NCBI GenBank assembly: GCA_951406725.2
Contig: OX597817.1
Span: forward strand, 86,056,001 to 86,120,000
Reading direction: 5' to 3'
Origin: Octopus vulgaris
Taxonomy: Eukaryota
DNA length: 64,000 nucleotides
Shown: positions 26,191 to 40,799 of the stretch, in pieces
Numbering within the stretch: the first letter of the stretch is position 1
Layout: the number at the start of each line of letters is the position of its first letter
Translations under genes and position numbers: made by a program
The notes under the pieces: generated by a model
The model's input: only the letters and a program-made list of their open reading frames with translations
Databases searched by the model: none
Told to the model about the DNA's origin: nothing

Positions 26191-27194
26191 CTCATATATA
26201 TATATATATGTATATAGAAATATATTAGAAAGTTTGGAGGTGATGTACAGGTATTATATATTAGAAAAAATAAGGTACTCTGTACAAAGAAATTGCATGC
26301 GTATCTGTTTCATTGAGCTCCTTTCCCTTGTACATGTTTCATTGAGACACTTTCCCTTGTACATTATTGCCCATCATCATATCTTCATTTTTGTAAAGAA
26401 TTGTTTCTTATCTTCATTCCTCTTGAAAAATATATAAATTTATATTTAGCTGTGACTGGTGAAATATCACTATTTCTGTAATGATTTGTACAGGATGAAG
26501 GACCAATTTGGTAAACTGTAATTTTGTATTAAACACACACACAGTACTATACATATGTGCATATACATAAATAGAAACAATCTTTTATCCAGATTTTCCA
26601 ACCCACACCAGCATGGGAATCAAACATTGGACAAGGATGATGATGATGATAATAAATCTAGACAATTTTTTGAAAAATAACTTTTATTAACCAACTTGTC
26701 ATCTTCCATTGAAAGAACTGAACAGCTGTATAGATGTAAGCAATTTTTTTTTCTTCCTTTCTCCCTTCCCTTCACTTTTCCATTGACACTCCTTTCAGAT
26801 ACACAGGCACACACCCACACACTTTCTCTCTCTCTCTCTCATTGGACAATGATGATGACGATGATAAATCCAGACAATTTTTTGAAAAATAACTTTTATC
26901 AAAACAAGACCCCATCCTTGGAGTAGCCACCTGGTTTTGCCATTTTTAAAGGCCAAGAATCAACTCATCACTTTCTACTGAAAGAACTGACCAGCTGTAT
27001 AGATGCAAACACATTTTTTCTTCTTTCTTTCTTCCTTTCTTTCCTTCTCTTTTTCATTGACACTCCTTTCAGATACACAGGCACACACACACTCTCACTT
27101 TCTCCCCATTCCTCACCCTCTTTTACTATCCTATATCTCTCTCCACCCTACACACTCAATAACACTATAATAGGAGATGAATCCCCTCAAAAAA

Positions 27195-27335
27195 TTCAAA
27201 TCTGAAGAATCTACTAGAGTAGATGTAAGTACTATTATATGATTTATAAAAACATGTGATATATTAATAAAAATGTGTAAATGTATAACCATCCAGATTT
27301 CTGAGTACCTTATTTTTCCTAATATATATAGAAAT
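27195..27335 (+). repeat. Repeat with a decayed minimal hammerhead motif
   Basis: CTGAAGA(27202)-ATCTAC taga GTAGAT-GTAA-GTAC-TA: perfect 6-bp stem II and palindromic stem III, with one core change (GAAA to GTAA) and a poor stem I. Confidence 0.5.
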
Positions 27336-27571
27336 ACACACACACACATGTATATGTGTCTGTGTGTGTATATATATATAGTGAATCCCCAAAAAACTGT
27401 GAGGACATGGTACATGTGAAGTATTAGCAGATGCTCAGGAAGGAACAAAAGATGGTTTAAACGCTTGGACCAATACTCTTCTTTAGAAACAGAGGAAAGT
27501 CTAATAGAAAGGAAGATGGAAGAAGAAAATCGCCAACGTTTTACATGTGGTTACATTTTGAAATGACATAT

Positions 27572-29360
27572 ATCATGATCATTGTTTAACATCCGTTTTC
27601 TATGCCTGAATGGGTTGGACGATCTGACTGAGGTCTGGAGAGCCAGCAGCTGCACCAGGCTCCAATCTGATCTGGTAATGTTTCTACAGCTGGAGGTACT
27701 TCCTAATGCCAACCACTCCGAGAGTCTAGAGGGTGCTTTTTATGTACCACCGGCACAGGAGCCAGCTAGGTAGGCCTGGCATTGATCACATTCAGATAGT
27801 GCTGTTTACATGCCACCAACATGGGAGCCAGTCAGGGAGTACTGGCATTGATCATGTTCGGATGGTGCCTTTTGCATGCCACCAGCATGGGAACCAGTCA
27901 GGGGGTACTGGCATCAACCATGTTCAGATGGTGTGCTTTTTATGTGTCACTGGCATGAGAGCCAGTCAAACAGACATGGCATCAACCACGTTCGTTTGGT
28001 GTTTTTTACATGCCACCAGCACAGGAGCTAGTCAGAGGAGACTGGGCCTTCTCGATCATTGCATATCTCCCAAGATCACAGACTCCTGTCATTCCCTCTG
28101 TGAGGGGCAATGTTTGAAGGTCATGCCTCACCACCTCATCCCATGTCTTCCTGGATCTAGCTCTTCCACAGGTTCCTTCCACAGTTAAGGTGTGGCACTT
28201 CCTCACACAGCTGTCCTCAACCATACATAACACATGACCATACCAGCACAGCTGTCTCTCTTGCACACCACATTTGATGTTTCTTATGTCCAACTTTTCT
28301 CGCAGGGTGCTTACACTCTGTTGTGCATGCACACTGATATTACACATCTGGCGAATCATACTAGCTTCATTTCTTTCAAGCCTACGCATGTCCTCAGCAG
28401 TCATGTCCCATGTTTCACTGCTTTGCTACATGGCAGTTCACACACATGCGTCATCCAGTGTACCTTTCATCCTGAGCAAGAGGCTTTTAGTTGCCAGCAG
28501 AGATAGGAGCTCCCTGAAGTTTGCCCAGGCTATACTTATTCTAGCTGCTACATTCTCAGAGCAACCACCCCAAGTACAGACTTAGTTGCCTAGGTAGCGG
28601 AAGCTATGAACTGCTTCTAGGTTTTCCCTCTGGCATGTGATGGCATCTGCTTTTTAAACATCTTCAGTGTTTATTGCCTCTGTGCATATGTCACATGAGA
28701 AAACTATCTTCCTGGTTAACCTTTGATATTGCTGCACCTTTTATGTGTGCATAGCTTACACCAGGTACATTGTAAGGAGTTTGTACCCAAGCCTTTCCTT
28801 CAGATTGAGCAGGGCCCCCGAGGGGGTTTGTGATTTGTCAGCCTTCCTACTTACTAAGACTTTGGTTTTTGCTAGGTTAACCCTAAGGCCCTTCGATTCT
28901 AGACCTTGCTTCCACACCCTAAACTTTGTCTCTAGATCTGGCGGCGACTGGGCTATTAGAACAAGGTCATCAGCACAGAGGAGCTCCCAAGGGCAGTCTG
29001 TCTTGAATTCCTCTTTTATTGCCTGGAGGAATATAATGAATATGAGAGGGCTGAGGACTGATCATTGGTCAACTCCTACTTCTACCTGGAATTCTCCACT
29101 ATACTTGCTGCAAACCCTCACCTTACTAACAGCATCCCTGTTTAGGGCTTGTACAGCTCTTACCAACCACTCATCTATCCCCAGTTTTTCTATTGACCAC
29201 CAGATAAAGGATCGGAGGACCCTGTTAGAAGTTTTCTCCAAGTAAACAAAATCCAGGTGGAGAGGTGTATCTGTGGCTAGATATTTCTCCTGCAGTTGCC
29301 ATACCAGAAATATAGCATCAGTGGTGCTTCTGCCTGGCACAAAACCAAACTGCATCTCAT
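27572..29360 (-). mobile_element. RTE-clade LINE, 5'-truncated and degenerate
   Basis: ORFs 29062-29409 (EMQFGFVPGRSTTDAIFLV..LQEKYLA) and 28006-28404 (TAEDMRRLERNEASM...). 3'UTR tandem units at about 27735-28040. Confidence 0.92.
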
Positions 29361-29371
29361 ATATATATATA

Positions 29372-30511
29372 TCTGGTATGGACTCGTACGAAGTTTGAAT
29401 TGCTTCCAAAGGAATTTTTGTCCATTCTTCAGCTAAAACAGTCTCCAGTTCTTATAGTGATGATGGCGGAGGATATCGGCACCTTACTTGTTTCTCAAAA
29501 ATGTACCATAAATGTTCAATAATATTGAGATCTGTGGTGGCCAGATAAGATGTTCAACTTCACTAGAATGTCCTTCGTGCCATTCAGTAACAACTTTAGC
29601 TGTGTGAATTCGTGCATTATCATCCTGAAAGATTGCGTTTCTCTCCGGAAACAGTTCCACAACCATAGGGTGAATTTGATTAGATAAAATGCTTAAATAG
29701 TCTTGACTATCAATTCTGCCACTGGGCCAGCAGATTTCCAAGATATAGCTCCCCCAGATCATCACAGCTCCTCCTCCATGTTTAACAGTCGGAAGAAGGC
29801 AGTCTAAGTCAAACGTTTCTTTTGGCTGTCTCCACGTGTATACTCAGCCGGTGGTTGGAAATACGGTAAAGAATGACTCATCTGAGAAAATAACATTCTT
29901 CCACTGCTCTAGGGACCAATTCTGTAGGTTTTTACTCCACTCTAAACGCTTTGCAAGGTTCATTTTTGAAAGTGGTGGTTTTCTGATCGCAGCCCTCCTG
30001 TGAAATCCGGCTTTGTGCAGCTCCTGGCTAACAGTTTTTGTGGAAACTGGGTTCTCAAGGTAGTCATTAAGCTCTGTAGTAATTTTGGGAGCTGTAGTTT
30101 GTGATCCTTTCTAACAATTTGCGTTAGAGTCCAACGGTCCCTATCTGAAAGTTTTGGTTTACTTCCAGAGTTTTGTTTTGAAGAGGAGGTTTTTCCCCCT
30201 TTCTCAAAGGCTGTCATTACTTTCAAGATGGTACTTCTTGATACACCAAACATTTCGGCTGTTTTCATTATGCTAGTGCCCGCCATACGAGCACCAACAA
30301 TCTGACCTCTTTGAAAGTCTGATAGATCTGTCATTTTAATGAATTTTAATTACCTTTTCCTGATGATATCTGAAAAGAAACAGTAATTTTAGCAAAACAT
30401 ATTAAGCAACATTAATAATAAATAAAAAAATAAATAAACAAGCTTTTGACGGTTTTATAGATATTTCAAAATTATGATGCTAGGTGTTTCCATTATTTTG
30501 TCCAACCCCTG
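29372..30511 (-). mobile_element. Tc1-family DNA transposon with frameshifted transposase and one TIR
   Basis: MTDLSDFQRGQIVGARMAG..(paired HTH), IFSDES, IFQDDNARIH, WPPQ...IIEHL. 5' TIR CAGGGGTTGGACAAAATAATGGAAACACC ends at 30511 next to TA; the other end is lost at the RTE junction. Confidence 0.92.
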
Positions 30512-30522
30512 TACATAATATA

Positions 30523-31808
30523 TCTATATACATGTGTAATGGTGTATGTGTGTGTATTTGGGGTTACTCTAACTTCTCCCACACCTCCAACCTATTTTAT
30601 TGATTTCTGGCACACAGGTAGATCACATGCCCTGAAGTTCAAATAAGGCCCAGAATTTTTTGAAAACTCAATAATGCTCAGTTGGCATTAAATTCCATGA
30701 GCTCAATGGAAATTCCCATAACTATATTACTTTTCCTGCAACTTTTGTATTTTTTGTTCGATTTCGATGAAAATCGATGAGTGAGCAAGGCTCATGGCAG
30801 TGAGTCGATGTCAGCATATGGCATCAACAAAAAATCAATAATTGCGCCTGAGCATTGGTTTTATAAAATCAATTGGCTTTTTGTTTGCAAATACCCATAG
30901 GGATTTTATTTTTGGCTGTAACTTTTATATTTTTTATCTGATTTTAATCAAATTTGGGACATAGGTAAATTTCATGGTGGGGGAGATGGTAAAGGTGCTT
31001 ATTCAATTCAAAAGGGCTTGAAAAGGGCACAAATGCAAATAAGCATTTCCTTAGAGACATTCTTATTGACTTTGTAGAAATTTTACATGTGATTACAGTT
31101 TATGTCCATTAGTTGATGACAAAAATCATTAATTGCATGTGAGCGGGGGATTTTATGAAATCAATAGGATTTTTGTATGCAATTACCCATAGGATTAATA
31201 TTTTATGCTGTAAATTTTACAGAATTCACCCGATTTTGATGAAATTTGACTTTTAGGTAAAGTTTATGATTGGAGTCATGTAGTAGAACTAAAATTAAAT
31301 TGGTAAAAGGCAGAAATCTTCAAAATTCACTCACAATAAAATAATGAACTGATTTTGAAAAAAACTGATCCATGAGTAAAATTAGGCACTTTGACATATG
31401 AAACATTGATTATTCATATAATGTATTGGGATTTAAAAGTCAATGGGATATTTTCGTGTAAATGGTCACATGGCTTTTATTTTATGACACAACCTTAACA
31501 CTTTTCTTCGGATTTTGCTGAGATTGGACACACTGATCAATTTTGTACAGAGGGTGGCATTAAGGGAAAAGAAATAATAAACATCACTCTCAACAGGTTG
31601 AGGTATAACCAAAAGTTTGACTGCGATTTCAGATGGTCCAGTATGTAAGAGTATGTCAAAAGCTTTAACTGAGTAAAATCCTTGCTGAACCAGATTTAAC
31701 ATTTTAATGGATAAACGTTGGCATGGAGAATGTAGAAGATTTCAACAGGTCAGGGGCGGGCTTAACTTCAACACGGAAAACATGAGCAACACTGGGTCCA
31801 ACAGCTAG
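30523..31808 (+). mobile_element. Non-autonomous Helitron-like element with internal ~290-bp repeats
   Basis: A|TC start and end catgagcaacactggg-tccaacag-CTAG|T. Repeated internal blocks (gattttgatgaaattt, cccatagg). Confidence 0.65.
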
Positions 31809-33004
31809 TATACATATATCATCATCATCATCATCGTTTAACGTCTGTTCTCCATGCTAGCATGGGTTGGACGGTTCAACCGGGGATCTGGGAAGCCAGA
31901 AGGCTGCACCAGGCTCCAGTCTTATCTGGCAATGTTTCTACAGCTGGATGCCCTTCCTAACGCCAACCACTCCGTGAGTGTAGTGGGTTCTTTTTACGTG
32001 CCACCTGCACAGGTGCCAGGCGAGGCTGGCAACGGTCACGGTCGGATTGGTGTATTTTATGTGCCACCGGCACGGAAGCCAGTCGAGGCGGCGCTGGCAT
32101 CGGCCACGAGTCGGATAGTGCTTTTTACGTACCACCAGACCAGGGATCCTGGCTGGTTCAATTCGATTTCGCTTGCCCCAACATGTCTTCGCAAGCAAAG
32201 GGGGTTGGCATGGGTGCCTGTCGTACGGTCGGATTGGTGTATTTTACGTGATATATATACATATACATACATATATATATATACACACACACACATACAT
32301 AATATATAAATAGTAAATAAAGAAAAAGGTTTATTTTATATATTGATGTATGAAGACATAAAGAAAATAAACTTTTTTTATTTATTTACTATTTTCAATC
32401 TCAGCTCATTTATCTCCCCTACATTGATTTATTTATTTCTTCCGTATTCCTACCTTTATTCCCTATTTCAATTTCACCTCTTTCATCTTTATAGTCACAG
32501 GAAGTATATACTATTTAAATTGTAATATTAAAACTATTTTTTCTGTTTTTACTTATTTTTTTCTGCCTTATATTTAATACATACTAACAAATAGTTTTTA
32601 TGCAAGGATAAGTCCCACTTATACATCACATTCTCTCTTTAACCTTTCTTACCTCTCTATTTCTCCTGACACTAGCTTACATTAACTATTTAGTATTACC
32701 CCTTTATATACCATCTCCTCAAGATTAACTCCATTCACATTTATGAAATAAAAAAAAAAATACATCACACTATGTAATGTTTTTAACGGTCAGTTTATAT
32801 CTTAATTAAAACATAGCAGTGTCTTTCCATTGGACATTTCTAATACATTTTTTACCCTACGCTACTTATTTGGAGTTACAATTTCTAATCTCTTTACTCA
32901 TCTGTAGAGGGAACGTCTCTGATACCTCTTTACTTATATTTTCAAATAACCATTATAGCCCTTAGTTATATATATAAAAGGTCATTTTTATGTGTCTTGA
33001 TTAT

Positions 33005-33067
33005 GCTTGCACTGACGATTAAAAAGTGCATTTTGTGCACTAATTATGAAATCACATGATCTGCAGC
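33005..33067 (+). ncRNA. Type I hammerhead ribozyme motif, probably from a Penelope-like element terminus
   Basis: gcttgca-CTGACGA(33012-33018)-ttaaaaagtgcat ttt gtgcactaattat-GAAA(33048-33051)-tca ca tga-TC-tgcagc. Core boxes are intact, stems I, II and III can pair, and the predicted AUC cleavage is after 33061. Confidence 0.7.
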
Positions 33068-33354
33068 TGAATCTGGTTTTAAAAGGCTTGCTTTGAGAGT
33101 TGCATTCCCTCGCGTTCAGTACAATGTGTTTATTATGGTAGTTTTGACTTTAAGAGTCCCTCCTAGCATGAGGCATTTATATATAGTAATGACCTTAATA
33201 TAAATATATAGACATGCATATATACATACATATATATATACATATATACACATACATAATACATACATATATACATAATACATATATACACATACATAAT
33301 ATATATATTATATATATATATATACTATATATATATACACAACACACATACATA

Positions 33355-33387
<33 letters not shown>

Positions 33388-33589
33388 TACATAATATATC
33401 ATCATCATCATCGTTTAATGTCCGTTTTCCGCGCTAGCACAGGTTGGACGGTTCAACCGGGGTCTGGGAAGCCAGGGGCTGCACCAAGCTCCAGTCTGAT
33501 CTGGCAGAGTTTCTACAGCTGGATGCCCTTCCTAACGCCAACCACTCCACAAGTGTAGTGGGTGCTTTTTACGTGCCACCTGCACATAC

Positions 33590-33630
<41 letters not shown>

Positions 33631-33789
33631 ATAATATATATATATGTATATATATATCATCATCATCATCATTTTACGTCCGCTTTCCATGCTTGCATGG
33701 GTTGGACGATTTGACTGAGGATTGGCGAACCAGATGGCTGCACCAGGCCCCAATCTTTATCTGGTAGAGTTTCTACAGCTGGATGCATC

Positions 33790-35250
33790 TATGTGTCTAT
33801 ATCTTATCTATCTTATTTTTGATCTAGCAAGCTCTCTCTCTCTCTCCATATCTCACTCACTCTCCATTGCTTTCACTTTCATTTTTCAGATGCTATTGCT
33901 TTCACTTTAAGTTCAATTACTATTGTTTTCACTGTAAGTTTTCAATCACTGTTTACCAACAACAACCACAAAGTACTGACAGAAAGAAGTTCACAATTAC
34001 TGATGAAAGTAATTTCATACATAATTTACTGACAGAAGTAACTTCATAAATTTCACATCAATCCGTGCACTTTGTTAAATTTGGCTACAAATTTCTTATT
34101 TACTTTTGCAACATTTTGTATATTTGTTGTTGTTGACAGAATTACTGATAAAAGTAAGTTCATAATTTACTGACAGAAGCAACTTCCAAAATTTTACCTA
34201 AATCTGTACACTTAGTTAATTTCCCTAAAAATTTCTTAGTTACTTTTACAACGATTTTGTTTTTCTGTTGTTAATGGCTTTTTTCTGGTTCCTTCAATAT
34301 TGGCTCTTTGGTTCACTGATAAATTTCGGTTCAACCCATACAATTCTTTATTTTCCATAAAAATTTCTTATATACTTTATGCCCATCATATTAAGAAATA
34401 TAATTTCTGTTACCCAATTATTTTCATTGTTTACTATGTTCTGCACCCATGTATTTCTGTATACATATATAACAGTGCCTAGAAAGAGTCAAAGTTGTCT
34501 ACAATGTCAAGGTCAGCCAAAAGAATGTCTCTGTCCAAGGAAAGAGAAACAGCTGTAGAAATGAACAGACTGTGCACTACAAAAGCCAGAGCATCTCAAA
34601 GTGATGAACAGTTATGCACGGCTGACAAGAAATAGGATCTCCACTACAGAATGAAGAGCAGTTGCAACAGCTTAGAGAAGTAACTTCTATGTAGCAGTTT
34701 TTAATTATCATCCAGCAGTTCATTATGCAGATGACACTAGAGTTTCCATTGTGCAATGACAACTGAGTGCATACATTGTAAAGCAAGGAAGTGGCCAGGA
34801 GAAATACCTGCACTGTACTGCAATGGTGGAAAGGTTAAACTCCCTGCAATCCCCCAACCTCCAGAACCATTGAAGAAACTGCTGTCATCAACTGACCAAG
34901 ATTCCAAGCACTTCCAAAACAAAATTAGACAATAAAACACTGCACTACAGATGACATCATTTGGAGCCACAAAAGATTTAACTGAGACAGGATTCATGCA
35001 AACTTTCAAGATTCAAGGTCAGATTTATCATTGGATTGGCTCTCTACTACCTCTGTCATATATACATATATGATTTGAAAACTTTCTTTTATCATTTCAG
35101 TTAACGTCTATGTTCCATGCTTGCATGGGTTGGAGAGTTGTTTATGTAGAAAGTTGGTATCTCAGCTACTAGGAGTTGAGATCTGCGTAATCGAGACGGC
35201 GTTTTTAAATTCCATTATTCTTTTTAACCCAGGCAACACCAGGTATTTCT
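33790..35250 (+). mobile_element. Helitron deletion derivative with RepHel N-terminal remnant
   Basis: 34756-35052 translates MTTECIHCKARKWPGEIPALYCNGGKVKLPAIPQPPEPLKKLL...SKHFQNKIRQ*NTALQMTSFGA...FMQTFKIQGQIYHWIGSLLP, the typical Helitron zinc-finger/N-terminal region. 3' hairpin cccaggcaacaccaggtatttct near 35228-35250; a ~150-bp tandem duplication at 33975-34260. Confidence 0.85.
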
Positions 35251-35849
35251 ATACAACACACACCTACTATATATGATGGGCTTCTTTCAGTTTCTGTCTG
35301 TTAACTCCACTCATAAGGTTTTGGTTGGCTCAGGGCTATAATAAAAGTACCATACAGTAGGATTGAACAAAACTACATGGTTGGAAAGCAAGCTTTTTAA
35401 TCACATAGCCATGCCACATTTTTTTTAGTCTTGAGGATTTCTGGATTTGAAGGATATGGTAATTCATTGAGCAGTAAAAAAAACAAAAAAATCTGGTACT
35501 CTGTCAGTTACAACGATGATGATTCCAAACGATCCAATCAACCGAGGAGCTTGCTCATGAAATTAACATGCAAGTGGCTGAACACTCCACAGACATGCAT
35601 ACCACTAACATAGTACCCAGGGAGGTCCAGCATAACACAGAATGTGACAAAGCCAGCCTTTTGAATTACAGGTATATTTCATTTTTGCCAGTTGAGAGGA
35701 CTGGAGCAATGCGAAATAAAGTGTCTTGTTCAAGGACACATTGTGCTGCCGGGAATCAAACTCACAACCTCACAATTGTGAGCCAATTACCCTAACTACT
35801 AAGCTACTCGCCTTCACATTGAGCAGTAATACTTGTAATAATTATTTGG

Positions 35850-37625
35850 TTATGTACATGTTGGGTTAGGATTCTAAGTGTACATGGAAGCTATGGTTTT
35901 GGTCCTAGAAATAAAGAGGAGACAAGGCTCTTGTAGTTCTGTGATGCAAATTACCTAATGATCTTCCAATATGAACTTCAAGAAACCAGTCAGTTACCTG
36001 ATCAGCCATAAATCTGGCATGCACACAAGTCAGATTGACATTATTACTAGAAAATAGGATAGATAGTTGTTTGTAAATACAAAGGCCTTCTCAGGTGAGG
36101 AATGCACAACTCATCATAAGTTAGTGGCTAGCAATTTCAGACTTAGAGCTAAGAGAATTCTGGAAAAGGAAGTTATGCAAGTTTAGAGATTCAGTGAACA
36201 ATCAGAAATCTGGGCCTTCAAGATAACCTATTGAGAGTGATGGACCAAATCTGTGACTGGTGCAAGGTTCCAGCCAGGTCAAGAATAACATTGTGGTGGA
36301 ACAATGAAGTAGACAGAGCCACCATAAAAGCAAAGAGACAGGCTTGAAAGTATTTGAAGTGTTGGAGTTAGAAGAGAAGCTGGGTCTATCAAACAAGAAG
36401 AGAAACAGAAAGGAAAAGGTTAGCCAATGCATGAGGACCAGAGGCATGAAGTGCTCCAGATTGCAAGATAGTGTAACAGGAAGAATCATGATGTTGTGGG
36501 AAAGAAGTGAGTATAGATGGATGACGGTACACTTGCACTAGGTGATTCTGAAAAGAAAGAAGCATGAAAGTGAAACTATGAAAGGCTATAAAGTGTGGAG
36601 GTAGCATGGGAAAAGGAGATTCTTGCTAATGTGGACCCAACCATCCAAGTTGGCAGCAGTATGATAACTAAAGCAATTAAGGATATGAAGACAGAGAAAG
36701 CTCCTTGTCCATCAAGAATTATATCTTAAAATATCCGGTAGTAGGGTATGGCTTACACCTGTTTAGTAAATCAGGTAGTACAGAAAGGTATCAGACCCAA
36801 TGACTTGTGTAGGAGCATTATGGTTAACTTTTACAAGAGTAGAGATGCCTTAGCAAGAAGTAATTACTGAGGTATCAGGTTATCAGAGAAGGTTATGAAA
36901 ATTACAGAAAGAGGCATAGCTTCCATAGGAAGAGTTAGCCTATATGAGAAGAAGTTTGGTTTTGACAGGGAAAAGCACTCTGATGTGCTTTTTCTAGTAA
37001 GCGAACGATAGTACTTGGCATTTTTTGACAGGTGAGAGTTAGCAATGGATTTAGTTCACAAGGACTTGGTTCTTAGTTCCCTCGTATTTAACATAATCCT
37101 CTTGGCCATGAGCTCCTCTATGCTGATGACCTTGTTCTTATAACTAAATCTGCAGTAGAATTAGGAAAGAAATTTTGGGCATGGAGGCAAAACTTGGAAT
37201 CAAAGGGCTTTAAAGTTGAGTTAGCAAAGGCCAAAGTTCTAGGAACCAGGAAAACACAAACCCTTCAGGAATATGGTTCTGTTTAATATGTAGAAAAAAT
37301 GCTGGTAGAAATTCCATATGAAATGAAGTTAACATGCCCCACTGGATGTGCAACATCAATGTATATGTACGACAAAGTGCATATTTTGAGAGAAAAAGTG
37401 AACATAAGTGACAGATGTAGTGTGTAAAAGAGAAGACTGTTGGTATGATCATGGAATACATACAGATGAGAACTACTACATAAAGTACCAATCACTAAAT
37501 AGGGTTGGAACCTGTGGAAGAGAGAAACCTAGGGAGATGTGGAATGAAGTAAGGAAGAAAACCCCCCCGATGCTGAGCCTCACAGTGAAGATGACAAAAG
37601 ACCAAAATGATTGGCAATATGCTTT
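35850..37625 (+). mobile_element. Highly decayed RTE LINE (endonuclease end and RT)
   Basis: SQIDIIT (APE end), YADDLVL at about 37119-37139, and GREKPREMW C-terminus, with many deletions and stops. Confidence 0.75.
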
Positions 37626-38217
37626 AATTTCTCATCACCTGGCATAAAGTTAAAGGACACCCTTTGGTCATGAATGACCATGGGATTGCACCTACAAAGT
37701 TCCCCTCTGAGGCACAAGTTTGGGTAAAGTTGTTTATGGGAGACTAACAGTTGCCCATGCATACCAGCCTCCCCTCTCCACGCCAGTGAAGTTATCCAGG
37801 GCAAAGGCAGATAGAGCTCGGCACCAGTAACATCACAACTCATTTCTACAGATGAGTGGACTGGAGCAATGTGAAATAAAATGTCTTGCTCAAGAGCACA
37901 ACACACAGCTTGGTCTGAGAATTGAACTCACTACCTCGTGATTATGAACCCAATGCTCCAACCACTGAGCCATCCCTCACAATTGAGAGAGTCTTGTGAG
38001 TTACTTAGTGACCTCCATAGTAAAAAGTACACAATGTAAAAAATACTCAGTACATTCTGTGAAGTGGGTGGTGGTAGGAAAGACATCCAGCCATACAAAC
38101 CATGCCAAAGAAGACTTTAGTATATGATGCAGTCCTTTGGTTTATTGGCTTGGCAAACCAGCTGACCCATGCCAACATAGAAAATGGATGCTAATGGTGT
38201 TGATGAAGATACATGTA

Positions 38218-39490
<1,273 letters not shown>

Positions 39491-39689
39491 AAACATAAAA
39501 ATACAAACATCTATATACATGATAGTGTAAAAATTGCACACCAGTAAAATAATACTTTGCCATAACATTTTCATATTTGCTATTTTTTTAAAAGTAAATA
39601 TGATAAATGTTCATAAAATGATGATTGTTTTTATTTTAAAACCATGTCAGAAAATTTTAAATCTTTAATTTCACTAATCATTGGATTGG

Positions 39690-39935
39690 CAGATGATGTC
39701 CTGTGTCTTGGCCTCCGAGGTCCACAGACCAAAATCCCCTTGACTTTTACCTATAGAGGCATCTTAAGTCTATTGTCTATACAACTCATCTGAGAAGTGT
39801 TGAAGAATTAAAAAGAAAACATTGGAATTCAATGTACAAAGATTGATACTGAAGTCTCGAATAATGTATAAAATTCAATTTGTTTTGTTTTCAGAAATCT
39901 AATGAATGTGAGGAAATTCAGTTAGAACAATTATT
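39690..39935 (+). mobile_element. Tc1/mariner transposase C-terminal fragment
   Basis: WPPRSTDQNPLDFYL*RHLKSIVY...SVEELKR, close to the WPPRSPDLxPLDFxLWG motif. Confidence 0.7.
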
Positions 39936-40799
39936 CTAACCATCTTTTTTTTTTTGTTGTGAGTTAATAATTTTGTGATAATAAATGTTATGTAAATAAA
40001 AGATTATTTTTCTTTTGTATAGATGGTTTTTCTCATGATTTGGGTGGTGCATGATTTTTGTGCTATCCTGTATATGCCTAAACATATCCAAACATGTTGG
40101 TGAACCAGTCAGTGCTAGTGTCACATAAAAAGCACTGGTACTAGTGCCACATAAAAAGCACCAGGTACACTCTGTAAAGTGGTTGGTGTTAGGAAGCACA
40201 TCTAGCCATAGAAGCCATGCCACAACAGACATTGGCACCTGGTGCTGCTCTTGGCCTAACCATCTAAACCTATGCTAGCATAGAAAATGGACATTGGATG
40301 ATGATGACAGTACATACACATACACACACATATATATGTACATACATATTCAGATATATAAATATACATAGTTGTCTCAAAGTCCATGATTAAAAGAAAA
40401 AGAAAAAAAAAAGACACTAATATATTAGGTAATAGAGCAGGTATATTTTTTGTATTAATATAATAAAATCTCCTGAATGCTAAATTACAAAATGATTTCA
40501 AACCTGAAATAGAGATAACTGCATGAAATAGTATGACCTGGGTATTTTGTCACAATTTAGTTCTTCTGATAAAATAAATACTCTTCTCTCTGGGTTTAAC
40601 CTGAGTGATTCATTTCATGAACTTCATTTAGCCCACATACCAGTAAAACAGACATGACACATTCAGCCTCCAGTGACAAAAAAAAGGGGGTGGGGCATAC
40701 TATTCCATATAGGCACTTCTGAAGATTGCAAGATTTGAATCTCCACTTCTGACATAAAAAACCATTTGGTAATTTGGCTACAATATCATCATTAATAAT

